A stretch of 64,000 nt of DNA from Thermoanaerobaculia bacterium (GTDB lineage Bacteria > Acidobacteriota > Thermoanaerobaculia > Multivoradales > Multivoraceae), in the NCBI GenBank assembly GCA_963664405.1, contig OY761158.1, forward strand, positions 5,888,001 to 5,952,000, written 5' to 3'. The position numbers and the translations under genes are program-made. Within the stretch, counting starts at the first letter, position 1. Every line of letters begins with the position of its first letter. Below are positions 1 to 9,665 of this stretch, piece by piece. The notes beneath the pieces are model-generated. The model ran no database searches. It worked only from the letters and a program-made list of their open reading frames with translations, and was not told where the DNA came from.

Positions 1-51
1 TTCGCAGCCGGTACAGCGGTCGGTGTCGATGGTCATTGCCCAGCGGGTCAT
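1..51 (-). CDS. 4Fe-4S dicluster protein (QrcC/NrfC/ActB2-like), N-terminus only; runs off the window edge
   Basis: Minus strand from ATG at 51 reads MTRWAMTIDTDRCTGCE, the typical start of DmsB/NrfC-family Fe-S subunits. It overlaps the stop of the upstream molybdopterin gene. Confidence 0.85.
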   Translation of the reverse strand, partial: MTRWAMTIDTDRCTGCE

Positions 52-1905
52 ACCTTCTCCTCGTGGCTGGCCATGGGAGCCCAGCCGGTAGGGATCTCTT
101 CCGCCTCTCGCAGCCCGCGACCGAAGAGTGCGAGCTCGCCGGGGCCGAGGCGCTCGACCAGGACCCGAATTCCGCTCACCACCGGCTGGCGAGTTCCCTC
201 GATGTCGCTCGCAGCGACCAGGTCGAGTGGATTGGCACCCCGTCCCTTGGCGTAGCGGCAAAAGTCCGCGTGACCCATTCCCAGAGGAACGGCGACCGTA
301 CCGGGCCGCGCCTCGGGGCGAAGAATAGCGGGGATCTGGATCGAGCCGTGGTCCGAGCTGAGGGAAAGAAGATCTCCGCTTCTGATGCCGAGCCGCTCCG
401 CGTCTGCTGTGGCAAGCTCTGCCCATCCGTCCCACATCACTGTTGTGAGAGTGTCGGGGAGCTCCTGCAGCCACGGTCGATTGGCGCCTCGGCCATCGCC
501 ATACTTGGGTGATTCGAAGGGGAGAAGGGTGAGCTCGTTACCGCGGCCGGGTGGGCGAGGCTTGGCCGGCGTCGGAGCTTCGAAGGCCGTTGTAGGAGGC
601 ACAGTCTGGCCGGTCGGTGGCGAGTCTCCCCAGATACCGCCTCGCTCGACCGCCTTGGCCCAAACAGGGTCGAAGCCTCTGGCCGTGAGCTCGTCTTGCC
701 GTGCGTCCAGGGCGCTCTTTACGGCGTCCGAGTAGCTCTCCCAGGGCAGAGCCTCCTCGTGTCCGAGCGCCGTGCCCAGAGCGAGGATGATGTCGCCGGG
801 GTGACGGGCGGCCCCTCGAGCTCGAACTGCCGGGTGGGCGAGGCTGAGAGTCGCGATCGGCAGCCCGACAGGCTCGGCGGCGCGAAAGCGCTCTACGTCG
901 ACCTGGGTTGGCAGGATGAGATCGGCCTCGAGCGCTGTATCGTCGAGGAAGGCAGTGAGTGCGATCACGTGCTCCCACTCCGGCGAGGGCCTGCCTCCAG
1001 CCTCTGGCCTTCGGCACCGAGTGGAGCGGATCGGCCTCGCAGACCAGCACTACCTCGGGTATGGCCCCGGCCTTGCCCAGGAGCCGCTGGTCAAAGTCGG
1101 CGGCCGAGCCAAGCTCGCCGCCGGCAGGTGTGAGAACCGCGCCGAGGCCGGTGGAGGCGGAGGGGAAGACGCCGCCGGTACGCTCCACCGCGCCCACGAG
1201 CCAGTTCAGGGCCAGAGCCGAGGTGGTGTCGAAGAGGCCACTGGAACCGAGCGCCGCGGTACCTCCGGCAAGAACCACGGCGCGGTCGGCGCTCGCAAGC
1301 TCGGTCGCGATACGGCGGATCGTAGAAGCGGGTAGATCACAGAGCTGCGCCGCCTCTTCCAGCGGCGGTCCGGGCTCTGGAAAGAGCGCGCGATAGGCGT
1401 CCTGGTGCTCGCCAACCCCGGCGTCGCTCTCGAGCAGAAGATCGCCGATGGCCCGTGCCAAGGTGCCTTCCTGGCCAGGGCTCACCGGCAGCCACTCGTC
1501 GGCGAAAGCCGCCGTCAAGGACATCCGGGCCTCGGCCTGGACCAGCTTGCCCCGGCGGCCGGGGATCGCTCCTCTCAGCTGACCCATCGCCCAAGTTCCG
1601 TGAGCCGGCTGGTGCCAGCGGTCGAGGAAAGCGGGGCCGATCGAGAGTACGTAGTCGGCTCGAGCCAGATCATAGGCGGGAAGAGAGTGGGTGCCGAGGA
1701 CGATCTCTGCGGCTCGGCGCTCCACCTCGGCGGCGAGGGGCGCGATTCGCGAGGGTGGCGGCGCACTCAGCGCAGCAGCGAGACGAGAGAGCAGAGCCTC
1801 GATCAGACTTTCGCCGCTGCCTTCGACGAAAGCGATCGCGCCTGGGTCTTTCGCGGCGGCTCTTCGGCGCACCCGGCCAACATTACGCCCACCAGTGCCG
1901 GCCAC
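48..1905 (-). pseudogene. Molybdopterin oxidoreductase-family subunit (QrcB/ActB1-like), frameshifted and missing its N-terminus
   Basis: ORF 538..1905 (PAYDLARADYVLSIG, SLTAAFADEWLPV) continues into ORF 48..968 (ADLILP, GANRPWLQELPD, WDGWAEL, GMGH) if one G is removed from GGG at 974-976, giving ...GVEHVIALTAF. No family N-terminal region is seen upstream of about 1860. Confidence 0.8.
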
Positions 1906-1979
1906 CTGCAGGCGGTGGCGATGCCGACCAGCCGGGAACGACGCCGGGAGCGTTGAGGACCGTGTATTCTGCCCTGGTG

Positions 1980-2633
1980 ATGCCGATCACGCGCGACGAC
2001 CTCATGGACCGCTACAGCAGCCGAACCGGGAGAATCTGGAGTCGAGTCGAGTCTGAGCGGCCGACGAGCTACTGGGAGCAGAATAGGGTCGGGGGCCGAA
2101 GGCTCGCTCGGCGCCTGATCGACCGCTGGCTCGACCCCGTTGCCGAGCAATATGTCCTCGATGCCGGCTGCGGGTTGGGCCGCGTCGCGGAACATCTGGC
2201 CGGCCGCGGCGCCAGAGTGGTGGGACTGGACCTCCTGCCGCGCTTCAATCGGCGGCACTCCGTGCCGCGTCTCAGCTTCGTCGAGGGGGACATCAAGAGT
2301 TGCTGTTGCCCCAGCGGGACCTTCACTGTGGCCCTTCTGCAGGAGGTGCTGGAGGACTACTCGCCGCCCGAGCGGCTCTCTGTTTTCAAGGGGCTGACGG
2401 AATGGGGAATGAAGCGCATCATCCTGGTGACTCGTACTACGAGCCCCTGGGGCCGATGGGCCGAGCGCTTGGCTGCGCCCGAGGAGGCCGAGGCGGTGGA
2501 TACGGTCGAGCTCTATCGCGAGATTCACCTCTCGACGTCGTACTTCCTGACTCGCCGAGAGAAAGTGCGTCGTCGCAACTACGAGGTCGAGATTGCCGAA
2601 TTTAAGCTCTCGCTCCACGGAGCGGAAGTTTAG
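1980..2633 (+). CDS. Class I SAM-dependent methyltransferase
   Basis: VLDAGCGLG motif I, VVGLD, FVEGDI. The start was trimmed from the 392-aa ORF, whose N-terminal part is a shadow of the opposite gene. Confidence 0.8.
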   Translation: MPITRDDLMDRYSSRTGRIWSRVESERPTSYWEQNRVGGRRLARRLIDRWLDPVAEQYVLDAGCGLGRVAEHLAGRGARVVGLDLLPRFNRRHSVPRLSFVEGDIKSCCCPSGTFTVALLQEVLEDYSPPERLSVFKGLTEWGMKRIILVTRTTSPWGRWAERLAAPEEAEAVDTVELYREIHLSTSYFLTRREKVRRRNYEVEIAEFKLSLHGAEV

Positions 2634-2663
2634 TTCAATTTCGCGTCGGCGCGGATGGCGGTG

Positions 2664-4019
2664 CTAAAGGCTGTCGACCAAGGTGTCGATCGCGGTCTGA
2701 GGATCCTGTCCTGCGCCCAAGGGCAGGCGTTTCTCGTCGCTCCAGGCGTCGCCTAGGCTCTGGCGGAAGTAGATGGCGCCGTTCTCTTCTCGGGTGAGGA
2801 CAGCCTTGGTCCCATCGCGCGAGACATGAATATTCGTCGAGCCGAAGCCCAGCGCCGGCAGGCTGAGGTCGGAGATCACGCAGATCTCCATGTAGTGGGC
2901 AGTGGGAAGGGCCTGCCGCATGGCTCCTGGACCGACAGCCAGGATGCCGCAGTGGGTCGGAACGGCGGTGAACGCCTGACCTAGAAGGGTAGCGCCCTCG
3001 GCGATCAGATGCCATCGGAGGGCGTTGCCGAGCACTTCGAGAGAGTCGAAGTCGTTCGCGTAAGCCCGAATGAAAACGTAGGCGCTGCGGGCCAGGTAGC
3101 TCCTGGTTGCGTCGTGTAGCTGTACGTCGAGCTGGTTTAGAAAAGTGCGCACCTCGGCCGCCAATGCCGTCTTCTGGCGCCGCACGCCGACTCCGACGAG
3201 GTGATTGCGAGCTTCATCAGCCAAGGTGATCAACGCCGGAGGCAGAATGCGGCTACGCGCGCTGACAAGATGGCTGGTCGACGGGCTCGCAAAGGCGATA
3301 ATTGCCGAACCGTCGTCGACTCCTCGTCGCAGTCTTGGTGCGCCGAAGATCGAGAGATTTTCGGGCAGGGCTGATCCTCCGGCATCGTGAAGGTCGAGCG
3401 AATCGAGGGTCAAGATCGGACTCCAACCGATGTAACGGCCGCGAAAGAGAACCAGCGGGGAGTAGTAGCTTCGAGCCGCACCCGTGCTCTCTGCCTCCGA
3501 CCATAGGAGGTGCAGCACCGTGCGGTGCTCCGACTCGCGAAGAAGAGTGACGGCGGGGGGGCCGTCGAGGTTGAGCTCTTTCGAGCCGATGCGGGTCGTT
3601 TCGTGCCAGATACCATCGATGAGAGTTGCGAGCCACAGCGAGGATCTTCCGGTTGCGGTGCGAGAGCGCCACAGTAGAAAGAGGCTCGAGGATTGCGGGT
3701 CGATGATCAGGGTTGGATCGAGGTCGAGGGCCGAGGCTTCAGTGCCGGGAACGAGAAGCCGCTCGCTGGCGCCGCCGGGCTGAGTCATGTCGAGGGCCAG
3801 GGCGGGGAAGGAGCCGGTTGCCGAAGAAGCTCCGTTGCGGGGGAAGAGGACTTCGAGGGTTCCGGGGACCACTTCGTAGAGCACTCCCGAAGCGTCGTGG
3901 GCACGAGCCAAGTCGCTTGCGCCTGCCCCTGTTGCGGCCAGCAGCGCGATAACACCGATCGCCAGTAGGGCCGACACGCGGCGCCTCATCCGAGACCTCA
4001 GCAGTGTATGGCGCGCCAT
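2664..4019 (-). CDS. Secreted hypothetical protein, third gene of the XRE-TPR operon
   Basis: Signal peptide (RRRVSALLAIGVIALLAATGAGA/S) and a beta-rich body. ATG lies directly after the TPR gene stop. Confidence 0.75.
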   Translation of the reverse strand: MARHTLLRSRMRRRVSALLAIGVIALLAATGAGASDLARAHDASGVLYEVVPGTLEVLFPRNGASSATGSFPALALDMTQPGGASERLLVPGTEASALDLDPTLIIDPQSSSLFLLWRSRTATGRSSLWLATLIDGIWHETTRIGSKELNLDGPPAVTLLRESEHRTVLHLLWSEAESTGAARSYYSPLVLFRGRYIGWSPILTLDSLDLHDAGGSALPENLSIFGAPRLRRGVDDGSAIIAFASPSTSHLVSARSRILPPALITLADEARNHLVGVGVRRQKTALAAEVRTFLNQLDVQLHDATRSYLARSAYVFIRAYANDFDSLEVLGNALRWHLIAEGATLLGQAFTAVPTHCGILAVGPGAMRQALPTAHYMEICVISDLSLPALGFGSTNIHVSRDGTKAVLTREENGAIYFRQSLGDAWSDEKRLPLGAGQDPQTAIDTLVDSL

Positions 4020-4020
4020 G

Positions 4021-4938
4021 TCAGACCTTGAGATGGAGCATTTTGCGTACATCGATGGCGAGCAGAAAGTCGGGGATCTGCAGGTTGTCGGGGTAGAAAG
4101 CCTCCTGCAGCTCAGAGAAGAACGCTCGCGCGCTCTTCGGGTCGCCCTCGAGGTTGTTGGCTTGGCCGAGCAGATAGAGGGAGTTCTTGATAGAGGTGTC
4201 GTCGCCGCCGTCCCGGGCTTCGGCCAGTGCCTTGGTTGCCTGTCGAATCGCATGATCGTTCCGACCGATTTCGAGGTAGGCGTAGCAAAGGCTGAGGCGC
4301 GGGCGCGGGCGGAGGCTCTCTTCACCAAGGTAGCTCAAGGAGCGTAGCGACTCATAGAGGAGAGTAAATCCCGCTTCGATCTCGCCGAGGACGACTTTGG
4401 TGTAGCCGAGATTATCCAGCACCAGGGCACGGTCGATGCTGCGCCCAACGTCCATCAGCTCGAGGGCTTGCTCGTACTCCTCGCCTGCCTGCTCGAAGCT
4501 GCTCTTGACCAGGTAGAGGTTGCCGAAGAGGTTGTGGGTCATCGCCAGGCAGTCCTCACGTTCGGTCTGGCTGGCCCATTTACGGGCGACTTCGGCGTAG
4601 AAATGGGCTTTGTCGAAGGTGGATTCGAGGTCGTAACAGCGAGCGGTATTGTAAGCGGCGAAGAAGCAGGTTTCGGACTCGTGGCTACGAAGCAAAATAC
4701 GTTGGAGCAGGGCTGCCTGCCCCTGGATTGAGCCGAGCTCCATCTCTACCGCGATGCGGAAAACCGAAGCGCGATCGGCCAAAGCGGGCTCTTGGTGGTC
4801 GAGCGCCCAGCTTTCGGCGCTGGAGAAGGCCTCTCTCGCTTGCTCGAAGCGACCCGACTTGGAGTGCTCCACGCCAGCGCTGAGCGCGCGCTCGCCCGCG
4901 TTGTCCAGCACAGTTCCTTGCTCCTGCCCTGAGGTCAC
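4021..4938 (-). CDS. Tetratricopeptide repeat protein (cytoplasmic)
   Basis: Helical repeats with Asn residues (AAYNTAR, HNLFGNLY, LDNLGY, KNSLYLLG); no signal peptide. Confidence 0.85.
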   Translation of the reverse strand: MTSGQEQGTVLDNAGERALSAGVEHSKSGRFEQAREAFSSAESWALDHQEPALADRASVFRIAVEMELGSIQGQAALLQRILLRSHESETCFFAAYNTARCYDLESTFDKAHFYAEVARKWASQTEREDCLAMTHNLFGNLYLVKSSFEQAGEEYEQALELMDVGRSIDRALVLDNLGYTKVVLGEIEAGFTLLYESLRSLSYLGEESLRPRPRLSLCYAYLEIGRNDHAIRQATKALAEARDGGDDTSIKNSLYLLGQANNLEGDPKSARAFFSELQEAFYPDNLQIPDFLLAIDVRKMLHLKV

Positions 4939-4949
4939 GGGTAGGAGAG

Positions 4950-5315
4950 CTAATGCTTGTCGCCGGGTCCCTTACGAGAAGGGTGGCGTCGCTTGAACTG
5001 AATGAAGTCCCGCACCTGCTCCTGCTCGCCGCCGTCCAGTGAGCGGAAATCTCGGACCAGCTGCACGTCTTGGGGAGTGAAGCTGGCGCGGGCCAACTCG
5101 TCGAAGAACTCGCCGATCGAGGTGTCGAACTCGGCCAGGATCATGAAGAGCGTGTCCAGACTGACACGGTACTCACCTTTCTCCATACGAGAAAGATCAG
5201 ATTGCTGGATCCCGATACGGGATGCCAGCTCATTCTGAGTGAGCTTTCGCTCCTTGCGCATGCGTCGGATCTTGCGTCCGACAAGCTCGACCTGTCGTAT
5301 GGGACGTCTCTCCAT
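4950..5315 (-). CDS. XRE/Cro-C1 family HTH transcriptional regulator
   Basis: GRKIRRMRKERKLTQNELASRIGIQQSDLSRMEKG is a canonical HTH_3 sequence. Confidence 0.92.
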   Translation of the reverse strand: MERRPIRQVELVGRKIRRMRKERKLTQNELASRIGIQQSDLSRMEKGEYRVSLDTLFMILAEFDTSIGEFFDELARASFTPQDVQLVRDFRSLDGGEQEQVRDFIQFKRRHPSRKGPGDKH

Positions 5316-5332
5316 CGCTATCTAACCGCTTG

Positions 5333-5369
5333 CCCCTTTCATGCTACAGCAGCATCAAGGGGGTGTCAA
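5333..5369 (-). promoter_or_regulatory. Sigma70-type promoter of the XRE-TPR operon with an overlapping palindrome (candidate operator)
   Basis: Minus strand has TTGACA (5369-5364), a 17-bp spacer and TAGCAT (5346-5341), 25 bp before the ATG. The imperfect palindrome CCCCTT-TC-ATGCT-ACAGC-AGCAT-C-AAGGGG spans 5333-5362. Confidence 0.75.
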
Positions 5370-5387
5370 AGAAGCGCAGCGCGGTGC

Positions 5388-6353
5388 TCAGCAGGCGATC
5401 CGGTGTGGGAGTACGCTCCGTTCCAGCTTGTTGGCGAAGGTGTCGAGGTGGCGGGATGGCCGACCGAAAAAATAGCCCTGGGCGTAGTCGACACCGCAGT
5501 CTTGGACAAGGTCGGCACATCGCCGGTCCTGCACCATCTCTGCAATAGTCTCGACTCCCAGATTGGCGCAGAGGCCGACGACCGCCTCGAGAAATGCGCG
5601 ATTGCGCTTGGTAGCCATCGCGCTTCGAATGTACCCGCCGTCGATCTTGACGATATCGACCTCTAGAGCGTGGAGATACTTCAGAGCAGAAGCCCCGGCC
5701 CCGAAGTCATCCAGACACACCTGGTGGCCTGCGTCGCGGAGTCCCTGGATCACTTCATTGGCCTGTGCCAAATCCCGTATCGCTGCCGACTCGGTGATCT
5801 CGAACATGAGCTGGGAGCTGATGGCGGGATGTCGACCGAGCAACTGGTGCAGCGCTTCGACGAAGGCGGGGTTGCCGAGAGAGAGCCCCGACAGGTTGGC
5901 CGCGAGGGTCGGGTGGGTGCCCGATCGGTTGGCGTCCTCCAGCGCAGCAAGCACTCGACGGCACATCGCCAGGTCGAAGTCGAAGATGAGGCCCGTCCTT
6001 TCGGCGAAGGTGATCATCTCGTAGGGCGAGTGGATGACATCCGTCTCGAAGCGCGCCAGGGCTTCGAAGTGGTGGATGTCTCTCGACGCGAGGTCGACGA
6101 TGGGTTGAAAGGCGATGTCGAAATCTTCTCGCGACACCACGTTGTGAAAGAAGGTCAACATCCCGGATGTGTCTCTAGCCGACCGCTCCAGCTCGAGCGA
6201 GAGGCTGTCGAAGCCCCTCTCAGTATGGCTCTCGCAGCCTCGATTGACGCTGCAGAGCATCAATTGGACTGAATCGGCCCCGCTCCCGTGGCTGTCGTAG
6301 GCGAGCCCCCTTGGTTCGGCGAGCTTGATGAAGCCTTCTACGCTGTTGGTCAT
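5388..6353 (-). CDS. Stand-alone EAL-domain c-di-GMP phosphodiesterase
   Basis: FQPIV, FEALAR, ANLS, FEITES, LDDFGAG, VKIDG, IAEMV and QGYFFGRP motifs. Confidence 0.92.
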   Translation of the reverse strand: MTNSVEGFIKLAEPRGLAYDSHGSGADSVQLMLCSVNRGCESHTERGFDSLSLELERSARDTSGMLTFFHNVVSREDFDIAFQPIVDLASRDIHHFEALARFETDVIHSPYEMITFAERTGLIFDFDLAMCRRVLAALEDANRSGTHPTLAANLSGLSLGNPAFVEALHQLLGRHPAISSQLMFEITESAAIRDLAQANEVIQGLRDAGHQVCLDDFGAGASALKYLHALEVDIVKIDGGYIRSAMATKRNRAFLEAVVGLCANLGVETIAEMVQDRRCADLVQDCGVDYAQGYFFGRPSRHLDTFANKLERSVLPHRIAC

Positions 6354-6449
6354 GCGGATCTCCTCGTCTGCTTAGATGCGAGAACCCGCCAGACCCTTCG
6401 AAGCCGGTTGCGGTGAACATCTTCGACAAACAACTGAAGTAGCCGACGA

Positions 6450-7247
6450 TCATCCTTGCAGGCCCTCGCAGTAGGGCCCTAGCCCGGGGCGCTCTTTGAC
6501 CTTTTCCCGGACCAGCCGCGAGGCGGCGGTACGAAGCTCTGTCTCGCGAGCGGGTGTGAGATCGCCTGTGATCACCCGCCAGCGTAGAAAGACGAAGTAG
6601 GTGTCGAGGGCGTCGCCGGCGCAGTAGTCGTCGATCTCGATTCCGCGGCCCTCCCGCCACAGGCGCTGAACGTCGCTACCGCTGACACCGACTTTGCCGG
6701 GGGTGCCGGCGAGCTTGGAGAGCAGGTTGAGCCCACCGGCGACGTGACGGCCGCGAGGGCCGCGGACCGCGTCGGCTAGGTCGAGATGAGCCAAACGGCC
6801 CTTCGGTCCCTTGCCGCCCCGCCGTCGGGTCAGCCAGTCTTTGAGTGGCAGACCCCAGCGAAAGGCGGCGAGCTCGAGCACAGGGAGATCGAAGCCCATG
6901 CCGTTGTAAGTGACCAGAGTCGGGTACTCGGATGCCCTCCAGCGCTCCCAGAATTGCTCGACGATGGCACGCGGTCGAAACTGCGGCCGATCGAGAGAGA
7001 CCAGATCCAGCAGCTCGCAGTCTGCGCTCACTTCCGCGATCGCCGCGGCCACCGGAAGGTGGTAGCTCGCCGGGATGAAGGTCGACCCGTTGCGCTCCAG
7101 TTGCTCACCCTCGAGCCTCGCGACCGCCGCTTCCGCGCTTAGATCGGTGTCACCCGGATAGCGAACACGTTGCACCAGGCTGCCGTCGACCGCGGTCTCG
7201 AGGTCGAAGACGAAGAACGCGGCCTTGGCCCCTGCACTCTTGCTCAC
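6450..7247 (-). CDS. PolB-like 3'-5' exonuclease (DEDDy, DNA_pol_B_exo2 type)
   Basis: ExoI FDLET, ExoII YNGMGFDLP, ExoIII YCAGD. Confidence 0.85.
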   Translation of the reverse strand: MSKSAGAKAAFFVFDLETAVDGSLVQRVRYPGDTDLSAEAAVARLEGEQLERNGSTFIPASYHLPVAAAIAEVSADCELLDLVSLDRPQFRPRAIVEQFWERWRASEYPTLVTYNGMGFDLPVLELAAFRWGLPLKDWLTRRRGGKGPKGRLAHLDLADAVRGPRGRHVAGGLNLLSKLAGTPGKVGVSGSDVQRLWREGRGIEIDDYCAGDALDTYFVFLRWRVITGDLTPARETELRTAASRLVREKVKERPGLGPYCEGLQG

Positions 7248-8650
7248 GAGTGCCCCAGGGCGGTTCGGAGACCGGAGTACCTGGGCTGGTCGATGGCGAT
7301 CTGACCGACCACGGTCTGGCGCAGGTGTTCAGCCAGGCCGGGCTGGTCGAGAGCCATCTCTCCGGAGCGGAGGGCTTCGACCAGCTGCCAGCGCAGGGCC
7401 TCGAACTCGCCTTCGGTCGCGAGCAGGTCGCGAAGGCCGCTGAGCTCTCGCGCATGGGTGTCGGCGCCAAGCTCGAGCTCACGCACGACGATGTCAATCG
7501 CGTTGCCGGCGACGCGGGCGTGGAAGTTGACCCGTCCCGAGGTCTCCGTCATCACATCGTTGCGAAGGAAGTCTCTGGCCGCCGACAGCAGCTCGTCGGC
7601 TCTCGGCATGGCTAGCGATGAGCTCAGTGGCGATGGCCGCAGGAGAGTCGCGGCGCCGGGAATCAGCAGGTTGACGCAATCGATCTGCGCTTCCGAGGAT
7701 CGTCGCCCGATCGCCGCTCGCTCGACCGAGCTGTCGGGTCCACTGCGGAAGCTCTCGACCATCGACAAACAACTGATCGACCACCAGAACGAGCCGAATA
7801 CGGTCCAGTAGTGGACCCGCGCTCGGTCGACGGGCTTGCCGGTGACCGCTTCGTAGCCCGAGAACAGCTGTTCATGGGTTCCGAAGCCCCCGACCGGCAG
7901 CTCGGTTCGACCATAAGTCCAGGAGTTATTGCACAGCCATCCGAGATCTCGCATCGGGTCGCCGATGTGAGCCAACTCCCAGTCGAGTACGGCGCGCACG
8001 CCGTCTACGCCGACGACCATGTTGCCGTTGCGGAACTCGGCGTGGACCAAGCTCTCGTCCGTGGGCGGAGGAAGGTTCTCGAGCAACCATCGCGCCGTAA
8101 AATCGATCATCGGTTGGGGTGTGAGGAGCGCTTTGTAACGCGAGTAGTTGAGCTCGACCTCATCTCGCGCCTGCGAGCGGTAGAGGGTGCTGTCCAGACC
8201 TGCCCCTTCGAAGTCGATGGCATGAATTCGGGCCAGGATCTCGCCACACTGGTAGGCGAGCTTGGGCCTGATCTCTGCGAGGTCCGGAGATCTGACGACA
8301 CGTGAGCCGAGCGTCTCGCCCTCTACCCACTCCATCAGGAATCCGCTGCCCAACCCGTCCGAGTCTTCGAGGATGTGGAGAATCTTCGGCGCTGGAATGG
8401 CATTCGCTGCTGCCAGTCGCATGAGCTCAGCCTGGGCTCTCAGCCCGGGCCGAGGGTCGGAAGCGCCTGAGCCGGCACCTCCCGGCCCACGGCGCAGGCA
8501 CAGCCTGAGCGGGCCTCGGACGGTCTTCAGCTGGATCTCGTAGGTCTCCGCGCTCGCTCCCTGAGGTAGGCGGTCGAGACTTTCCAGTGACTCGAACCCT
8601 GGCACGATAGCGCTCAAGAGGCGTGTCAGCGCGTCTCTCATCGTCGTCAT
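7244..8650 (-). CDS. APH/ACAD10-like phosphotransferase fused to a C-terminal LvaB/DUF6285-like domain
   Basis: GASAET, LVHAEFRNGN, VLDWELAHIGDPMRDLGW, AAIGRR; C-terminal helical domain F-H-A-R-V-A-x-N...IAIDQPRYS. Confidence 0.85.
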   Translation of the reverse strand: MTTMRDALTRLLSAIVPGFESLESLDRLPQGASAETYEIQLKTVRGPLRLCLRRGPGGAGSGASDPRPGLRAQAELMRLAAANAIPAPKILHILEDSDGLGSGFLMEWVEGETLGSRVVRSPDLAEIRPKLAYQCGEILARIHAIDFEGAGLDSTLYRSQARDEVELNYSRYKALLTPQPMIDFTARWLLENLPPPTDESLVHAEFRNGNMVVGVDGVRAVLDWELAHIGDPMRDLGWLCNNSWTYGRTELPVGGFGTHEQLFSGYEAVTGKPVDRARVHYWTVFGSFWWSISCLSMVESFRSGPDSSVERAAIGRRSSEAQIDCVNLLIPGAATLLRPSPLSSSLAMPRADELLSAARDFLRNDVMTETSGRVNFHARVAGNAIDIVVRELELGADTHARELSGLRDLLATEGEFEALRWQLVEALRSGEMALDQPGLAEHLRQTVVGQIAIDQPRYSGLRTALGHS

Positions 8651-8740
8651 CACCTAGGCTTTGCCGTGACGACGATACACCGTAAGCTCGGCCCTGAGCT
8701 CGACCAGTGTGGACTCAGTCGAAGGAGAGGATGAGAGCCG

Positions 8741-9649
8741 ATGAACCCTGAAACCCACCCTCAGCGCCCTACCACCTTTGAGAGCATGGTGGAGAGGCAG
8801 GCGCCCATGATGACGCCGGAGGGCATCCAAAAGGGGCTCGCCTTTCAGCCTCGAGCAACCGACATCATCATTTCTCCCTTCGGTAAATCGGGGACGACCT
8901 GGCTCCAGCAGATCGTCCACGGTCTCAGAACGCGCGGAGACATGGACTTTGACGACATCTCGAGGGTGGCTCCGTGGATCGAGACCGCTCATGATCTTGG
9001 CCTGGATCTCGACGCCCCGCAGAAGGCTCATCCCCGAGCCTACAAGAGCCACTGCAGCTGGACGCAGGTACCGAAAGGCGCTCGCTACGTGGTCTCTTTG
9101 AGAGACCCGAAGGATGCTCTGGTTTCCATGTATCGCTTCATGGAGGGCTGGTTTTTTGAACCTGGAACCATCTCCATCGAGACTCTGGCTCGGCGACGAT
9201 ATTTCGTGCGCGGCGAATCACGAGACTATTGGAGCCACCTGGTTTCGTGGTGGGAGCATCGTCATGATGCCAACGTCTTGGTGCTTTCGTTCGAAGAGGT
9301 GAAGCTTGATCTACCCGGTACGGTGAGGAGGGTCGCCGAGTTCATCGGAGTGGAGCTCGATCCAGAACTGCTCGACATCGTGGTTCGGCAGTCATCTCTG
9401 GACTTTATGTTGAAGCATAAGGACCGCTTCGACGACCTGCTGATGCGTCAGCACAGTGAGGCCGTTGCCGGCTTGCCGCCGGGAAGCGATTCGGCGAAGG
9501 TCCGTAGCGGAAAGGTCGGATCTCACCGTACGGAGCTCCCAAAGGAGTTGAGTCTGGAGATGGACCGTATTTGGCAAGAGGAGGTCGAGGCCAAGCTCGG
9601 TTTTCCGACCTACGAAGCCTTGCGCAAAGAATTGGTAGCTGCAGCTTGA
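8741..9649 (+). CDS. PAPS-dependent sulfotransferase
   Basis: 5'-PSB motif PFGKSGTTW, 3'-PB motif RDPKDALVS, KSH, RSGKVG. Confidence 0.9.
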   Translation: MNPETHPQRPTTFESMVERQAPMMTPEGIQKGLAFQPRATDIIISPFGKSGTTWLQQIVHGLRTRGDMDFDDISRVAPWIETAHDLGLDLDAPQKAHPRAYKSHCSWTQVPKGARYVVSLRDPKDALVSMYRFMEGWFFEPGTISIETLARRRYFVRGESRDYWSHLVSWWEHRHDANVLVLSFEEVKLDLPGTVRRVAEFIGVELDPELLDIVVRQSSLDFMLKHKDRFDDLLMRQHSEAVAGLPPGSDSAKVRSGKVGSHRTELPKELSLEMDRIWQEEVEAKLGFPTYEALRKELVAAA

Positions 9650-9665
9650 GACTGGACAACGAGGA

